Assembly (NCBI RefSeq): GCF_020745735.1
Contig: NC_083439.1
Location: 23,450,596-23,514,595, forward strand
From: Hemiscyllium ocellatum
Taxonomy: Eukaryota
Length of the DNA: 64,000 nucleotides
Reading direction: 5' to 3'
Shown here: piece after piece, positions 1 to 12,022 of the stretch
Numbering within the stretch: position 1 is the stretch's first letter
How the letters are laid out: the number at the start of each line of letters is the position of its first letter
The notes under the pieces: generated by a model
The model's input: only the letters and a program-made list of their open reading frames with translations
Told to the model about the DNA's origin: nothing
Databases searched by the model: none
Translations under genes and position numbers: made by a program

Positions 1-609
1 GACTGCTGTAATGTGCTGAAATTTGGACTGTTTATTAGAAGCGGGAATGCAGGTTGAATGGATTTCTTGCCTGCTGCTGAAGAACAATCCTCGGGATCCT
101 TAGGCAGCATGGAGCTCCCAACACAGACGTACTGCAGCTTTCAAATTCGGAAACTATTGTGGCGATGTTGATACAATGATGACTATGATGTCAGTCCCAT
201 GCTATTAGAATTAATGATGGCTACCTACCCAGAGGTGCTCTGGATGGACAGCTCGCCTGTAGCCCATTGCACACCCAAAACCAAGACACAAAGAAATAGG
301 AACATTGGATCAGAAGAAATAGGAACAAAAGGAGGCCATTCAGGCCCTCATACCCAGTTCTACTATTTTACTGGTTTATGGCTGAATTACCACAACACAT
401 TTTCCAGCACTATCCACAAGTCCACTGATACCTTTTATATCTAGAAATGCAATGCTCTCTGTGTTGAATAAACTAAAGTCTGAGCCTGCACAGCACCCTG
501 AATAGAGAATTCCAAAGCTTCATGACTATCAAAGTTACAAAACTCCTCATTATTGCAGTTCTAAACAGCCTACCTTCATACAAGCAAGATATCATTTCAT
601 GCTAAATAA

Positions 610-835
610 AAGCAAAATGTGGATGCTGTGGAAATCTGAATTAGAAGCTGCAATTGCTGCAGAAACCCAGCAGGTCTGGCACCATCTGAAGAAAAACAGA
701 GACAATATTTTGTATGACTCTCTTTCGGAACTCTGCTAAAGAAGAGTCATATCAGGCTCGAAAGGTTAACCCTGCTCCTCTCTTGACAGATGCTGCCAGT
801 CCTGCTAAGTTTCTCCAGCACTATCTGTTTTCATA
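610..835. mobile_element. Degenerate palindromic Penelope-pLTR-derived mini-element
   Basis: Inverted arms (cagcaggtctggcaccatctg / cagatgctgccagtcctgct) around a decayed hammerhead-like core. Confidence 0.6.
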
Positions 836-1094
836 TCATTTCGTCCCACAGTAACTTTAACAACCAGGAACAATCTACATATGACTGGAGCACTTGGTAT
901 TGTAGTCCATCCGGGAATGAAGAAGTTTGAGGAGCAACCTTTTCAGCTTTAGGAAGCAATACACAGCAGCATCTCTGCATCAGCAACAGACCACCTGCCA
1001 ATCAGCAGCTGACATGTCTTGTTCAACTCCGACTATGTGAAGACCTGCTCAGATCTGGATTGTATTTGATGATTTCCTCAGGTCGGATTGTGGA

Positions 1095-1442
1095 GTCATA
1101 AAGTTGTACAGCATGGAAACAGACCCTTCAGTCCAACTTATCCCTGCCAAGCAGATATCCTAAATTAATCTAATCCCATTTTCTAGTATTTGGCTCACAT
1201 CCCTCTTCGCCCTTCCTACTCATGGACCCATCCAGATGACTTTTAATGTTGTACTCGTACCAGCCTCTGCCATTTCTTTTGGCAGCTCATTCCATACAAA
1301 CACCACCCTCTTCTTGAAACAGTTGCCTCTCAGGACCCTTTTAAATCTTTCCCCTCTCATCTTAATCATATGCCCTCTAGTTTTGGACTCTCATACTCTG
1401 GGGAAAGACTTTGGCTATTTATCCTGTCCATGCCCCTCATGA
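1095..1442 (-). mobile_element. CR1 LINE 3' end fragment
   Basis: Same 3' UTR and ORF2 tail as the 1731-3258 copy. Confidence 0.8.
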
Positions 1443-1730
1443 CTTATTTGAAAACTTGCTTAGACTGGCCAATATTTTAAGAGTTGCTCAGACTGAACTG
1501 TATTTGGAGAGTTGTTCAGACTGAATTTCTCAAATTGGACTGTATTTGAAAACTCACAACAGATGAGGAATAGCCACAAATCATTGGCAATGCAGTAAAT
1601 CAAAGAAGAGTATATGTGATTGACTGTGGCATCGTCTAGTGGTCTAATCAGAGATATAAATAAAAACCGAACAAACTCCAGATGCTGTAAATCAGAAACA
1701 AAAACAGAAGTTGCTGTAAAAGCTCAGTAG

Positions 1731-3258
1731 GTCATAGAGATGTACAGCATGGAAACAGACCCTTCGGTCCAACGCATCCATGCCGACCAGATATCCCAAC
1801 CCAAGCCAGTCCCACCTGCCAGCACCCGGCCCATATCCTTCCAAACCCTTCCTATTCATATTTCCATCCAAATGCCTCTTAAATGTTGCAATTGTACCAA
1901 CCTCCACCACTTCCTCTGGCAGCTCATTCCATACCTGTACCATCCTCTTTGTGAAAAAGTTGTCCCTTAGGTCTCTTTTATATCTTTCCCCTCTCACCCT
2001 AAACCTATGCCCTCTAGTTCTGGACTCCCCAACCCCAGGGAAAAGGCTTTGCCTATTTACCCTATCCATGCCCCTCATAATTTTGTAAACCTCTATAAGG
2101 TCAGCCTCTGACTCTCTCTATAGCTCAAATCCTCCAACCCTGGCAAAATGCTTGTAAATCTTTTTCTGAACCCTTTCAAGTTTCACATCTTTCCGATAGG
2201 AAGGAGACCAGAATTGCACGTAATATTCCAACAGTGGCCTAACCGATGTCCTGTACAGCCGCAACAGGTCCTCTCAACTTCTGTACTCAATACTCTGACC
2301 ATTAAAGGAAAGCATACCAACGCCTTCTTCACTATCCTATCTACCTGCGACTCCACTTTCAAGGAGCTATGAACTTGCACTCCAAGGTCTCTTTGTTCAG
2401 CAACACTCCCTAGGACCTTACCATTAAGTGTATAAGTCTTGCTAAGATTTGTTTTCCCAAAATGCAGTACCTCACATTTATCTGAATTAAACTCCATCTG
2501 TCACTTCTCAGCCCATTGGCCCATCTGGTCAAGATCCTGTTGTAATCTGAGGTATCCCTCTTCGCTGTCCACGACACCTCCAATTTTGGTGTCATCTGCA
2601 AACTTACTAACTGTATCTCTTATGTTCACATTCAAATCATTTATGTAAATGACAAAAAGTAGAGGACCCAGCACCGATCCTTGTCGCACTCCACTGGTCA
2701 CAGGCCTCCAGTCTGAAAAACAACCCTCCACCACCACCCTCCGTCTTCTACCTTTGAGTCAGTTCTGTATCCAAATGGCTAGTTCTCCCTGTATTCCATG
2801 AGATCTAATCTTGTTAATCAGTCTCCCATAGGGAACATTGTTGAAAGCCTTACTGAAGTCCATATAGATCATATCTACTGCTCTGCCCTCATCAATTCGC
2901 TTTGTTACTTCTTCAAAAACTCAGTCAAGTTTGTGAGACATGCTTTCCCATGCACAAAGCCATGTTGACTATCCCAAATCAGTCCTTGCCTTTCCAAATA
3001 CATGTACATCCTGTCCCTCAGGATTCCCTCCAACAACTTGCCCACCGTCGAGGTCAGGCTCACTGGTCAATAGTTCCCTGGTTTGTCCTTACCACCCTTC
3101 TTAAACAGTGGCACCATGTTTGCCAACCTCCAGTCTGCCAGCACCTCACCTGTGACTATCGATGATACAAATATCTCAGCAAGAGGCTCAGCAATCACCT
3201 CTCTAGCTTCCCACAGAGTACACCTGATCAGGTCCTGGGGATTTATTCACCTTTACCA
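1731..3258 (-). mobile_element. 5'-truncated CR1 LINE (RT to 3' end) inserted into a palindromic mini-element (halves at about 1660-1730 and 3260-3340)
   Basis: [20 protein letters not shown] and WNELPEEVV motifs; (ctctatga)-type tail. Confidence 0.92.
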
Positions 3259-5064
3259 CTAGATCTGAAATGTTAACTCTGATACAGATGCTGCCAGACC
3301 TGCTGAGCTTTTCCAGCAATTTCTGTCTTTGTTTCTAATCTGAGATATATTTGCTTTTTAGTGTTTTTCGCAGTCTTTCCTTCATCTGGTCACTCAATAT
3401 TACTCATTGTAACATAAACAATGTGTTATGTATGGACATTCAAATTAGATTAAGGGTAATTCTTGAAGCCACCAGGAAATGTATGTCTCTAAGTAGATAA
3501 GTGTTTCTGATCCAATATTATTATTCTTCATAATAAGAATAAGACTTGTTGTTTTATATTGGGAAATAAAGTAACAATCATTTGATTATTTGTAAAGTTA
3601 AGTAGATCTTTTGCAAAGGGTTTGCAAAGAACACCTAATGGTCCATTTAATAAAAACTCTATTAAAATGTGAATTAAGATGTGTTGTAACAAACACTTGA
3701 AGAAAACAGTCTTATTCACAAAAATGCTAACCTACAATTTAACAGAGGCAATATTTTTAACTTATATAATCGTCCGTCTCTGGACGGGCTTTCCTTTATT
3801 TTCTTTAGATTTGCTCCAACTCCTTACTCCAATAGTCAAATGCTGCCTTGGTTTTCAGGACAGTTACTTTTGTCTGTCCTTTATCATTTAGATGTTGCAT
3901 CTGGTTATTAGGAGGAGAGGCAGGGTGCTTCAAAACACTTCTACAATTTGCAGTTATGGTGAAGAAGCAATTTATGTCAAATGTAGACATTTAAGATACA
4001 CAGATAATAATAACTGCTCACATGTAACCAGGTATAGTATCAATTAAGGAAGCACATACAATTTGGCAATGATTATTGTCAAGCCAGAGGATTGGGAATG
4101 TTTTAAAACCCAACAAAAGATGACCAGAAAATAACAAAGAGGGGAAAATAAACTATAAATACAGACTACTAAGCAATACAAGTATCCATAGAAGGCATTA
4201 CTCAGACAGATGGAAAACTATGAACAGTTTTGGTCCCTTATCAAAGGAAACATTTGGGCAGTGCGATCCAGAGCAACACACAGGCAGCAAGTCATGTGGG
4301 TGTGGACTGCTTCAGTATCTGTCAATTGATGAATAGTACTGCTAATCAGCAAATTAATCAGTATAAACCCCCACATCCAACCTGATTGATGATGGAGGAA
4401 AGCAGCTGCTGATAGTTGAGGATAGGATGCAACCTGAGAAACACCTGCATTAATGTCCTGTGATTGAGCTGAATGACCATAACCATCTCCCTTTATGCCA
4501 CGTGTGCCTGGAAACAGTGAAGAGTCCTCCCCCCACCTTGATTTACATTGATGTCAACTTTATTGTATTCAGTCAAATTGTGCCTTGTTGTCAAAGGCAT
4601 CTCACCTTACATCTGGAATTCATGTCACCTGAACATGTATGGGCTGCGAGTTCACTCTCGGGCTGAGACCGATGTGGGGGAGGCAGTTTTGGAACTTATC
4701 TTAGTGCAGCCAAGTGTTGCTGCACCAAGTCTGGAGACTTGGAACAGAGTGGGATGACTGTTGGGCTGGGGTCTGGCACGAGCGGTCAGACTACATACGA
4801 AGACCCTGTGCTGAGCTGCTGCAATGCAATGTTTATTTGAAATTTTTCACCTGACTATAATGTCAATCCTGTAACAATATCTTATTTATAACTTAAAGTC
4901 TGTAAAGTAATGCAATGACTTTTTATTTCTCTTTCGTATTCAAGATTTGTACTAGGTGCTTGTACCTAAGATGGCACCATAAGAGACAGACATTGTAAAA
5001 GTTTTTCACCATACTTCAACAATGGAGTACACATGACAATAAAGGATATTTTATTCTAAGGAAA

Positions 5065-5550
5065 AATATAGTGACATTGGAGATAGTCCAAAGGGGATTC
5101 AGAAAGCTGATTCTGAGTATGGAGGACTTTCTAATGAGGAAAGGTTGGGTTTTAGTTGGGTTTGTACTTGTCGAAGTTTAGAAGAATAAGAGGAGACCTT
5201 ATTGAAACAAACATGATTCTTTAGGGGACTTAATAGGGTAGTCACAGAGTTATTATTTCCCCTTGTGTGAGATTCTTGGACATGAGGGCACAACCTCAGA
5301 GTAAAGGATTGCCCAATTAAAACAGAGATGAGGAAGGATTGCTTCCCTAAGTTGGCAATGAGTCAATGGAATTCTTTACCACAGAAGCTTGTTGAGGCTG
5401 AGTCATTAAGGTGAGATAACAGATTTTTAATCAGAGAGGGAATCAAGCATTCTGTGAAAAAGACAAGAAAGTGGAGTTGAGGTTTATCAGATCAACCAGA
5501 TATGATTGAATTGCAGAGCAGAATTGATGGGCCAAAAGGCCTACTTCACT
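5065..5550 (+). mobile_element. Old CR1 LINE 3' fragment
   Basis: Decayed ORF2 C-terminus and 3' UTR (gatgggccaaaaggcctactt). Confidence 0.65.
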
Positions 5551-6918
5551 GTATATCCATTAAGGCCATGTAATATAGATGAACATATACATGTGGAAAT
5601 CTGCATTTATCGAGTACTTCATAAAAAAGTTATTATTTCATGTACTTGTGCAAATTTAATTCAGTTCTTCATATTCCCTGGTGACAGAAGACTCAGCGAA
5701 GAGCTCTCTGTCACTCCACCCCTCCATATACAGTGTTATTAGCCCTCTCCTCTCCCCCACACTTGCACACACAGATACACATATTCCTCTTCCCAAACCC
5801 CCACAAAATCTTTCAAACAGTAGTTCCTCTTCTCAAACTCCCAGCCCTGAGTGGGAATATTTTCTCCCTATTTACTCTGTCCAGACTTCTCATGATTTTG
5901 AACAGATCTCCATTTAACCCTCTCTTCTCCAAGGACAAGATTCCCAGCTTTCCAATCTTACCTTGATTACAGAAATTCCCCATCCCCTGAAGCCACTCAG
6001 ATAATCCTCTTCTTCACGGTGTCTAATGCCTTTACATCTTCCTAAAGCATGGTAACTGGAAATGGATGCAATAGTCCAACTGAAGCTGAAGTAGTATCTT
6101 ATATCAGTTCAACATAATGTTCAGTGTCATTGGGTCAAAATCATGGAATTCCCTCCTTAACAGCACTGTGCGTATACTTTCCCCTAATGGACTGCAGCGC
6201 TTGAAGAAGGCAGATCATCACCAACTTCTCCAGGGCAACCAGGGGTGGGCAATAAATACTGACCCACCCAGTGATGCCCATGTTCCATGAATGAGTTTTT
6301 ATTAGAAATGGAAGAATATACACAGTTAGTTAAAATTCTCAACTCTCTGGAGAAAATCAATGAATATGACTGGTTGAATGGAGAACTATCTCACAAGTAT
6401 GAAAAGAAATGTTCTGGAAATAGAATACAATCCCTATAGTGTGGAAACAGGCCATTCAACCCACCAAACCTCTGAGGATCATCCCACCCAGACCAATCCC
6501 CATACTCTGCAACATTGCGTTTCCCATGGCAAATCTACACATCCCTAAACACTATGGGCAATTAGCATGGCCAAACCACCCCACATCTTTGGACTGAAGC
6601 ATACTAAGAAATGACAGCAATGGGGAAGATAAAGGAAACTGTGTTTCAACTACTGAATTTCCCTAATACTGAAAGAAGGGAGAGATGTTTTTGTCTGTAG
6701 TTAGTTATAGAGCAAGCTCTCCCTCTCTATAATTCTGACTGCAGATTGCTGACTACCATTTTAATGAGTTGAAATTTCATTACTGGATCTCAATCCCACA
6801 GATGCTGGTGCTAGGACTAGTCCCACATTGTGACTTTCAGAGAGGTGGCCAATTAAATGGGGGCCTCAGTGATCCCAATCCAATTAAGAACAAGAAGTAG
6901 GATCCAAAGTCTGAAGAG

Positions 6919-7129
6919 GGAGAAAGTGAGGACTGTAGATGCTGGAGATCAGAGTTGAACCATGTGATGCTGGAAAAACACAGCAGGCCAGGCAGCATCC
7001 GAGGAGCAGGGGAATCGACGTTTCGGGCGTAAGCCGATTCCTGAAGAAGGCTTATGCCGAAACGTCGATTCTCCTGCTCCTCAGATGCTGTCTGGCCTGC
7101 TGTGCTTTTCCAGCATCACATTTTTCAAC
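6919..7129. mobile_element. Palindromic Penelope-derived mini-element with hammerhead core and 16-bp TSD
   Basis: TCCAAAGTCTGAAGAG at 6903-6918 and 7130-7145; inverted arms of about 80 nt; CTGAAGA-AGGCTTATGCC-GAAACGTC at 7041-7066. Confidence 0.85.
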
Positions 7130-7550
7130 TCCAAAGTCTGAAGAGCCAACAGGAGATTGTCCATCACTAAAAGATTGGCCATTCCACTGTCAGAGTATTG
7201 CACACATCTTTTTGATTAAAATTCCACAAGTAGTGAACCCAGTGGGGGCTGTTTAGCTGAGCTGGATAGATGGTTGTGTGGCTCAGACTGTTGGCATCAG
7301 CATGGACTATGTTCCTGATTCCAGACAGTTAGCTAGGTCCCATCCTCCCAACTGCCTTGACAGGCCTGAAAATCTTTGCTGGTCCCATATGATGACTCAC
7401 AAACAATTATTTCAACTTTAAATCCTTCCCAAAGGCACAACCATCGTGCTTTAAAAATACCAAGCAATAAAACACCTGGTTCAAATCAGATATTGGGCAA
7501 GGCAGAGTCAACCTGCTTAATGAACTGTCAGGCATAAAACCAGAGGACTA

Positions 7551-7792
7551 ACTAACAACGAAAACAGAAGTTGTTGGAAAAGCTCAACAGGTCTAACAGC
7601 ATCTGTGAATAGAAATCAGATTTAATGTTTCAGGTCTAATGACCCTTCCTCAGAACTGAGGAAAGGGCAGTGGACCCAAAAGGTTAACTCTGATTTCTCT
7701 GCACAGATGCTTGCAGACGAGCTGAGCTTCTCCAGCAACTTCTGTTTTTGTTTCTGATGTACAGCATCTGTTGTTCTTTTGGTTTTTATTTA
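7551..7792. mobile_element. Palindromic Penelope-derived mini-element (second subfamily) with 10-bp TSD
   Basis: CAGAGGACTA at 7541-7550 and 7793-7802; inverted arms. Confidence 0.8.
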
Positions 7793-8015
7793 CAGAGGAC
7801 TATCTTGTTGTAGTCACAGAAGTAAACGTAAAATTCCAATGATTCTACTTACATAACTTAGTTAGCCTTGTAGCTTCTGTCGATGCCAACGTGACCAGGA
7901 AGCTGCAACAGTTTTACATTGTCATTCGGCCTGATAAAGCATAATCCAGAATTCAACAGGTTTTACTAATATTTGTCAAATGCATTTGTTAAAAGTCCCA
8001 GGTGATAGAATGATT

Positions 8016-8158
8016 CTGTAAAAAACAGAAAGTATTGGAGAAACTAAACAGATCTGGCAGCATTTACAGACAGAGAAACAGAGTTAACATTTCGCGTTTA
8101 ACATGACCCTTCTTTGGAAGAAGAAGATCTTCTGCATCTGCAGTACTTTGCTTTTAAC
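8016..8158. mobile_element. Truncated Penelope-derived mini-element with 9-bp TSD
   Basis: AGAATGATT at 8007-8015 and 8159-8167. Confidence 0.65.
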
Positions 8159-8879
8159 AGAATGATTACATCTACCTCCCAAAAAAGTAACATAACACTT
8201 TTTTTGGGGGTTTTTTGAATGTTAGTACAGCTTGACAGTTACATTGAACAGTTTGTTTGGCAGAAGGGGACTAACATCAATAGCCTTATCATTCAATTTA
8301 CAAAAAAACACTTTGAGTACCTCAATTTGAGTAAGGGCAAACATTTCTGTCAGAATTTTCAAACAGCATTTGTATTCTGCATATTTGTTGTGCTTTGTGA
8401 TGCTACTCATTACAGAACAGTGAGGGGACACAGCTGACATAATACCATTGGTGAATGCAATCAGCAAAGGATTCTAACACAAAAAAGTGACTTAGCCTTA
8501 ATTGCCCTTTGTGAGTCCACAGTTAATTTTGGTCAGTTAACTTCATTTCAAACTTGATAAATTAAGGTACTAAATCGTATGCTTTGTTTTGGTGTCTATC
8601 TATGATAAATCAATGAAGTGCTATGAACAAATAGCTTTAACTGCCGGTGTAATTAGTCTAGGAATAAAAAATGGATAAAATAGGTCATTATAGATCAGAG
8701 AATCTGGGAGATACTGATGAATAGTCAGGCTGTTGTTACAAGACAGTGATAGTGATCACGTGTAAAAAAAAACCTGATAATGACTTGAAGTTATTTTTCA
8801 TGACTTATTAGCTCTAAAAAAAATTTACACCTTTATTTTGATGTATTTAATAAAGACAGACTGAACTATGTCTCAAAAA

Positions 8880-9640
8880 GAAATTAGAGATAGCATGAGA
8901 TCCAAAAGAGGCATACAAAATGGCCAGACAAAAAAAAGACCTGAAGAATGGGAGCAGTTTAGAATACAGTAAAGGAGAATAAAGAGATTAAGAAAGGAAA
9001 AATAGAGTTATAGAGTAAACTTGCAGTGAATATTACTGCCTATAGAGTTTCTATATGTATGTGAAGAGAAAAAACATTGTTCAAGACATATGTAGATCCC
9101 CTATGACCAAAAATAGGGGAAGTTATATTGGGGAATAAAGAAATGGCTGACCAACTAGATATACGCTTTTGTTCTGTGTACATAAAAGAGGACACAAGCA
9201 ACATATCAGAAATGCTGAGAATTTCAGGGTTTAGTGAGAGGGAGGAACTGATGGAAATCAGCATTCGTACGGAAATGGTGTAGGGGAAAATATTGGGACT
9301 GAAGCCCTAAAAATCCCTTGGTCCTGATAGTCTACATCCCAGAGTACTTAAGGAAATGGACCTAGAAGTAATGGACGCATTGGTGTCATTTTCTAAGATT
9401 CTAAAGACTCTGGAACAGTTTCTACAGATTGGAGGGAAGCTAATGTAACACCACTTTTAAAACGGGAGGTACAGTGAAAACAGGGAAATATAGGCCAATC
9501 AGCCTGTTGTTGGTAGTGGGGAAAATACTAGAGCCCTTAATAAAGATTTAATCGCTGAGCATTTGGAAAGCAGTGACAGGATCAGACAAAGTCACCATAG
9601 ATTAATGAAAGGGAAATATACTGGAATTCTTTAAGCATGG
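8880..9640 (+). mobile_element. Old CR1 ORF2 fragment
   Basis: DWREANVTPL and YRPISL motifs in decayed frames. Confidence 0.75.
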
Positions 9641-9724
9641 AACTCTGCAAGGTGGCACAGAAGGTGGGAGTACAGCACAGCAGAGTGAACCTGGATGTAA
9701 ACAGCGAAAAGATAAATAGCCGAG

Positions 9725-10150
9725 GGGTGGGGTCAGTCAGTGTGAGTCTGAAGACAGGCAGAGCAGGATTGAGGACAGTAAAAATGGGACTGAGGTCAGT
9801 TAGAGCAAGACTGAGCACCATCAGGTTGGGGTGGAGGACAGTCAGGGTGGGACGGAGGACAGTCACAGTGGGACTGAACACAGTCACGTGGGACTGAAGT
9901 CAGTAAAAATCGGACTGAGGTCAGTCAGAGCAGGGCTGAGCACAGTCAGAATGGGATTGAGGACAGTCAGATTGGGACTGAGGTTAGTCAGGGTGGGAAT
10001 GAGGACAGTCAGAACAAAACTGAGGTCAGTCAGAGCAGGAGTGAGGTGAGGCACAATGGGACTGAGGACAATTAGAGCAGACAGCTAACAGTTGGAATGA
10101 GACTGTGGGCAGTCATAGCAGACTTGTGGACAGTCAGAGTGGGAGTGGTG
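9725..10150 (+). repeat. Degenerate 21-bp minisatellite (about 20 units, approx. GGGACTGAGGACAGTCAGAGT), probably the 5' UTR of the adjacent CR1
   Basis: Clear 21-nt periodicity that translates as GLRTVRV heptads; lies directly 5' of a CR1 ORF1. Confidence 0.8.
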
Positions 10151-12022
10151 TCAAGAATGCAGCTGAATCCAGAGGCAAAGCAGCAAAGGAGGTGTCACAA
10201 CTCAATAAGTGACATAAGTTTGGTTGTTCAGGAACCAGGTTTAGAGACTGAGTGAGTAGTGTCAACATGAGATAGAATATAAAGTACTTACCTCTGCTGT
10301 AGTTTGTTAGGAATAGAGAGCGAGGGTGAGAAATCTAATCTTGGTGAGTAGTTTTGTATAATTTGTTCCTAGATTAGCTGCAGTTGGTCAGGATAACAAT
10401 GGCAGGAGAACCCAGCCCTTTGGGATGTTCCTCCTGCAATATGTGGGAAATCAGGGACACTTCCAGTGTCCAAGGTGACTAGGGATGTGGAAAATGTGTT
10501 CAGCTGCAGCTCCTGAATTTGTTTGGAGCTGTGGATAGACTCATTACAGAGCATCCATGAGACTGAGAATGTTGTGGTCAGCATGTTTAGAAAGTTGGTC
10601 ATACCACCAGCATGGGGTACACCAACAGAAAAGGTGGGTGACCACCAGGTAGACTAGTAAGCTTGGGCAAGCAATGCAGGAATTCCCTGTGACCAATCAC
10701 CTCTCAAACAAGTATACCTTTTTGGATACAATTGGGGATGAATGGCCTATCAGAGGAAAGCAATAGCTGCAGCCAGATCAGTGACACCATGATGGAGTCT
10801 GTTGCATGGCAGGGAGGGTTGAAGTTTAGTCAAGATGTAGTGATAGGGGACTCTATAGTGAGGGGCACAGATAGGTGTTTCGATGGCTGTGTGAGATGCC
10901 AGGATGGTGTGTTATCTCCCTAATTCCAGGTCAAAGATGTCTTAGAGTGGGCATAGGATACTCTGAAAGGGGAGGGTGAGAGGCCAGATGTCACTGTCCA
11001 CATTGATGCCAATGACAAAGGCAGATGAGGTCCTGCAAAGGAAATTTAGGGAGTTCGTAGGAAGTTAAAAAGCAGGACCTTGAGGATTGTTAACTTGAGA
11101 TTATTCCCTGTGCCATATGCTTGTGAGGAAGATAATACAGTTGAGTGTAGTAGCTGTACAAGAATAACAGTTTGCACCGAAACTGACAGGGAAGTTTGCT
11201 CGTGTCACTCAGAGTATTTTAAACTACTGTGGCTGGGTGGGGCTGGTGGGATCCAGAGCAGTAAGTCAGCATTTTGAGTTTTTCAAGAGAAGCAAAGAGC
11301 TAAATTAAGTAAGTCTGGCAGGAAGAACAGGCAGGGCCAGTTAAATGAGCACGGCAGGACTCGGCAGCAGTTTATTTATTTTAATGCAAGGAGTATAATA
11401 GACAAGGCATTTGAGCTTGGAACCTGGATTAGTTTACCGGACTACGGTGTGGTAGCCAAAGCAGAAACTTAATTAAGAGAGGATAGGACTGGGAGCTCAA
11501 CATTCTAGGGTTTCAATGTTTCAGGTGAGCTAGAGTGAGATATAAAAGGGTTGGTAGAGTTGGATTATTGATTAAGGAGAATGTCATAGCTGCACCAAGA
11601 AAGGACATCTTGGAAAGGTCATCCACTGAGGCAACATGGATAAAACTCAGGAATAAGAGCAATCACTCTGATGGGATTATAGTATAGGGCCCCAGTAGCC
11701 AGCAGGGAACATATGAATAGATATGTAAGCAGAGCATGAAAAGGTGTTAAAACAACAGGGTTGTTGTAGTGGGTGATTTTAACTTCCCCAATATTGACTA
11801 GGACTCCTTGAGTGCCAGGAGCTTAGATGGGCAGAAGTTGTTAGGCCCAACCAAGACTGTTTCTTGGAACAATATGTAGATAGTCCAACAAGGGAAGGGG
11901 TCTACTACACATTGCACTGGGGAATGAGTCCGGCTAGGTAATCAAAATTTCAGTTAGGAGTGTTTTGAGAACATTGAACACTGAAGTTTTAAGATAGTTA
12001 AGATAGTTAAAAGATTGGTCCT
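10150..12022 (+). mobile_element. Decayed CR1 5' part (element A): ORF1 (Zn finger plus SGNH esterase) and ORF2 APE endonuclease
   Basis: MAGEPSPLGCSSCNMWE at 10399; VVIGDSIVRGTD at about 10840; YFNARSI at about 11377; VVVGDFNFPNID at about 11760. Confidence 0.85.

Noticed and set aside
1-450. Possible PYGO1 last exon (expected upstream by synteny) or a real 81-aa ORF at 199-444
   Set aside because: No PHD-finger or other recognisable motif in the frames I read; the ORF runs into repeat-derived sequence.
9582-10049. Heptad-repeat ORFs on both strands as real coiled-coil proteins
   Set aside because: They are a by-product of a 21-bp minisatellite, with frameshifts and no splice context.
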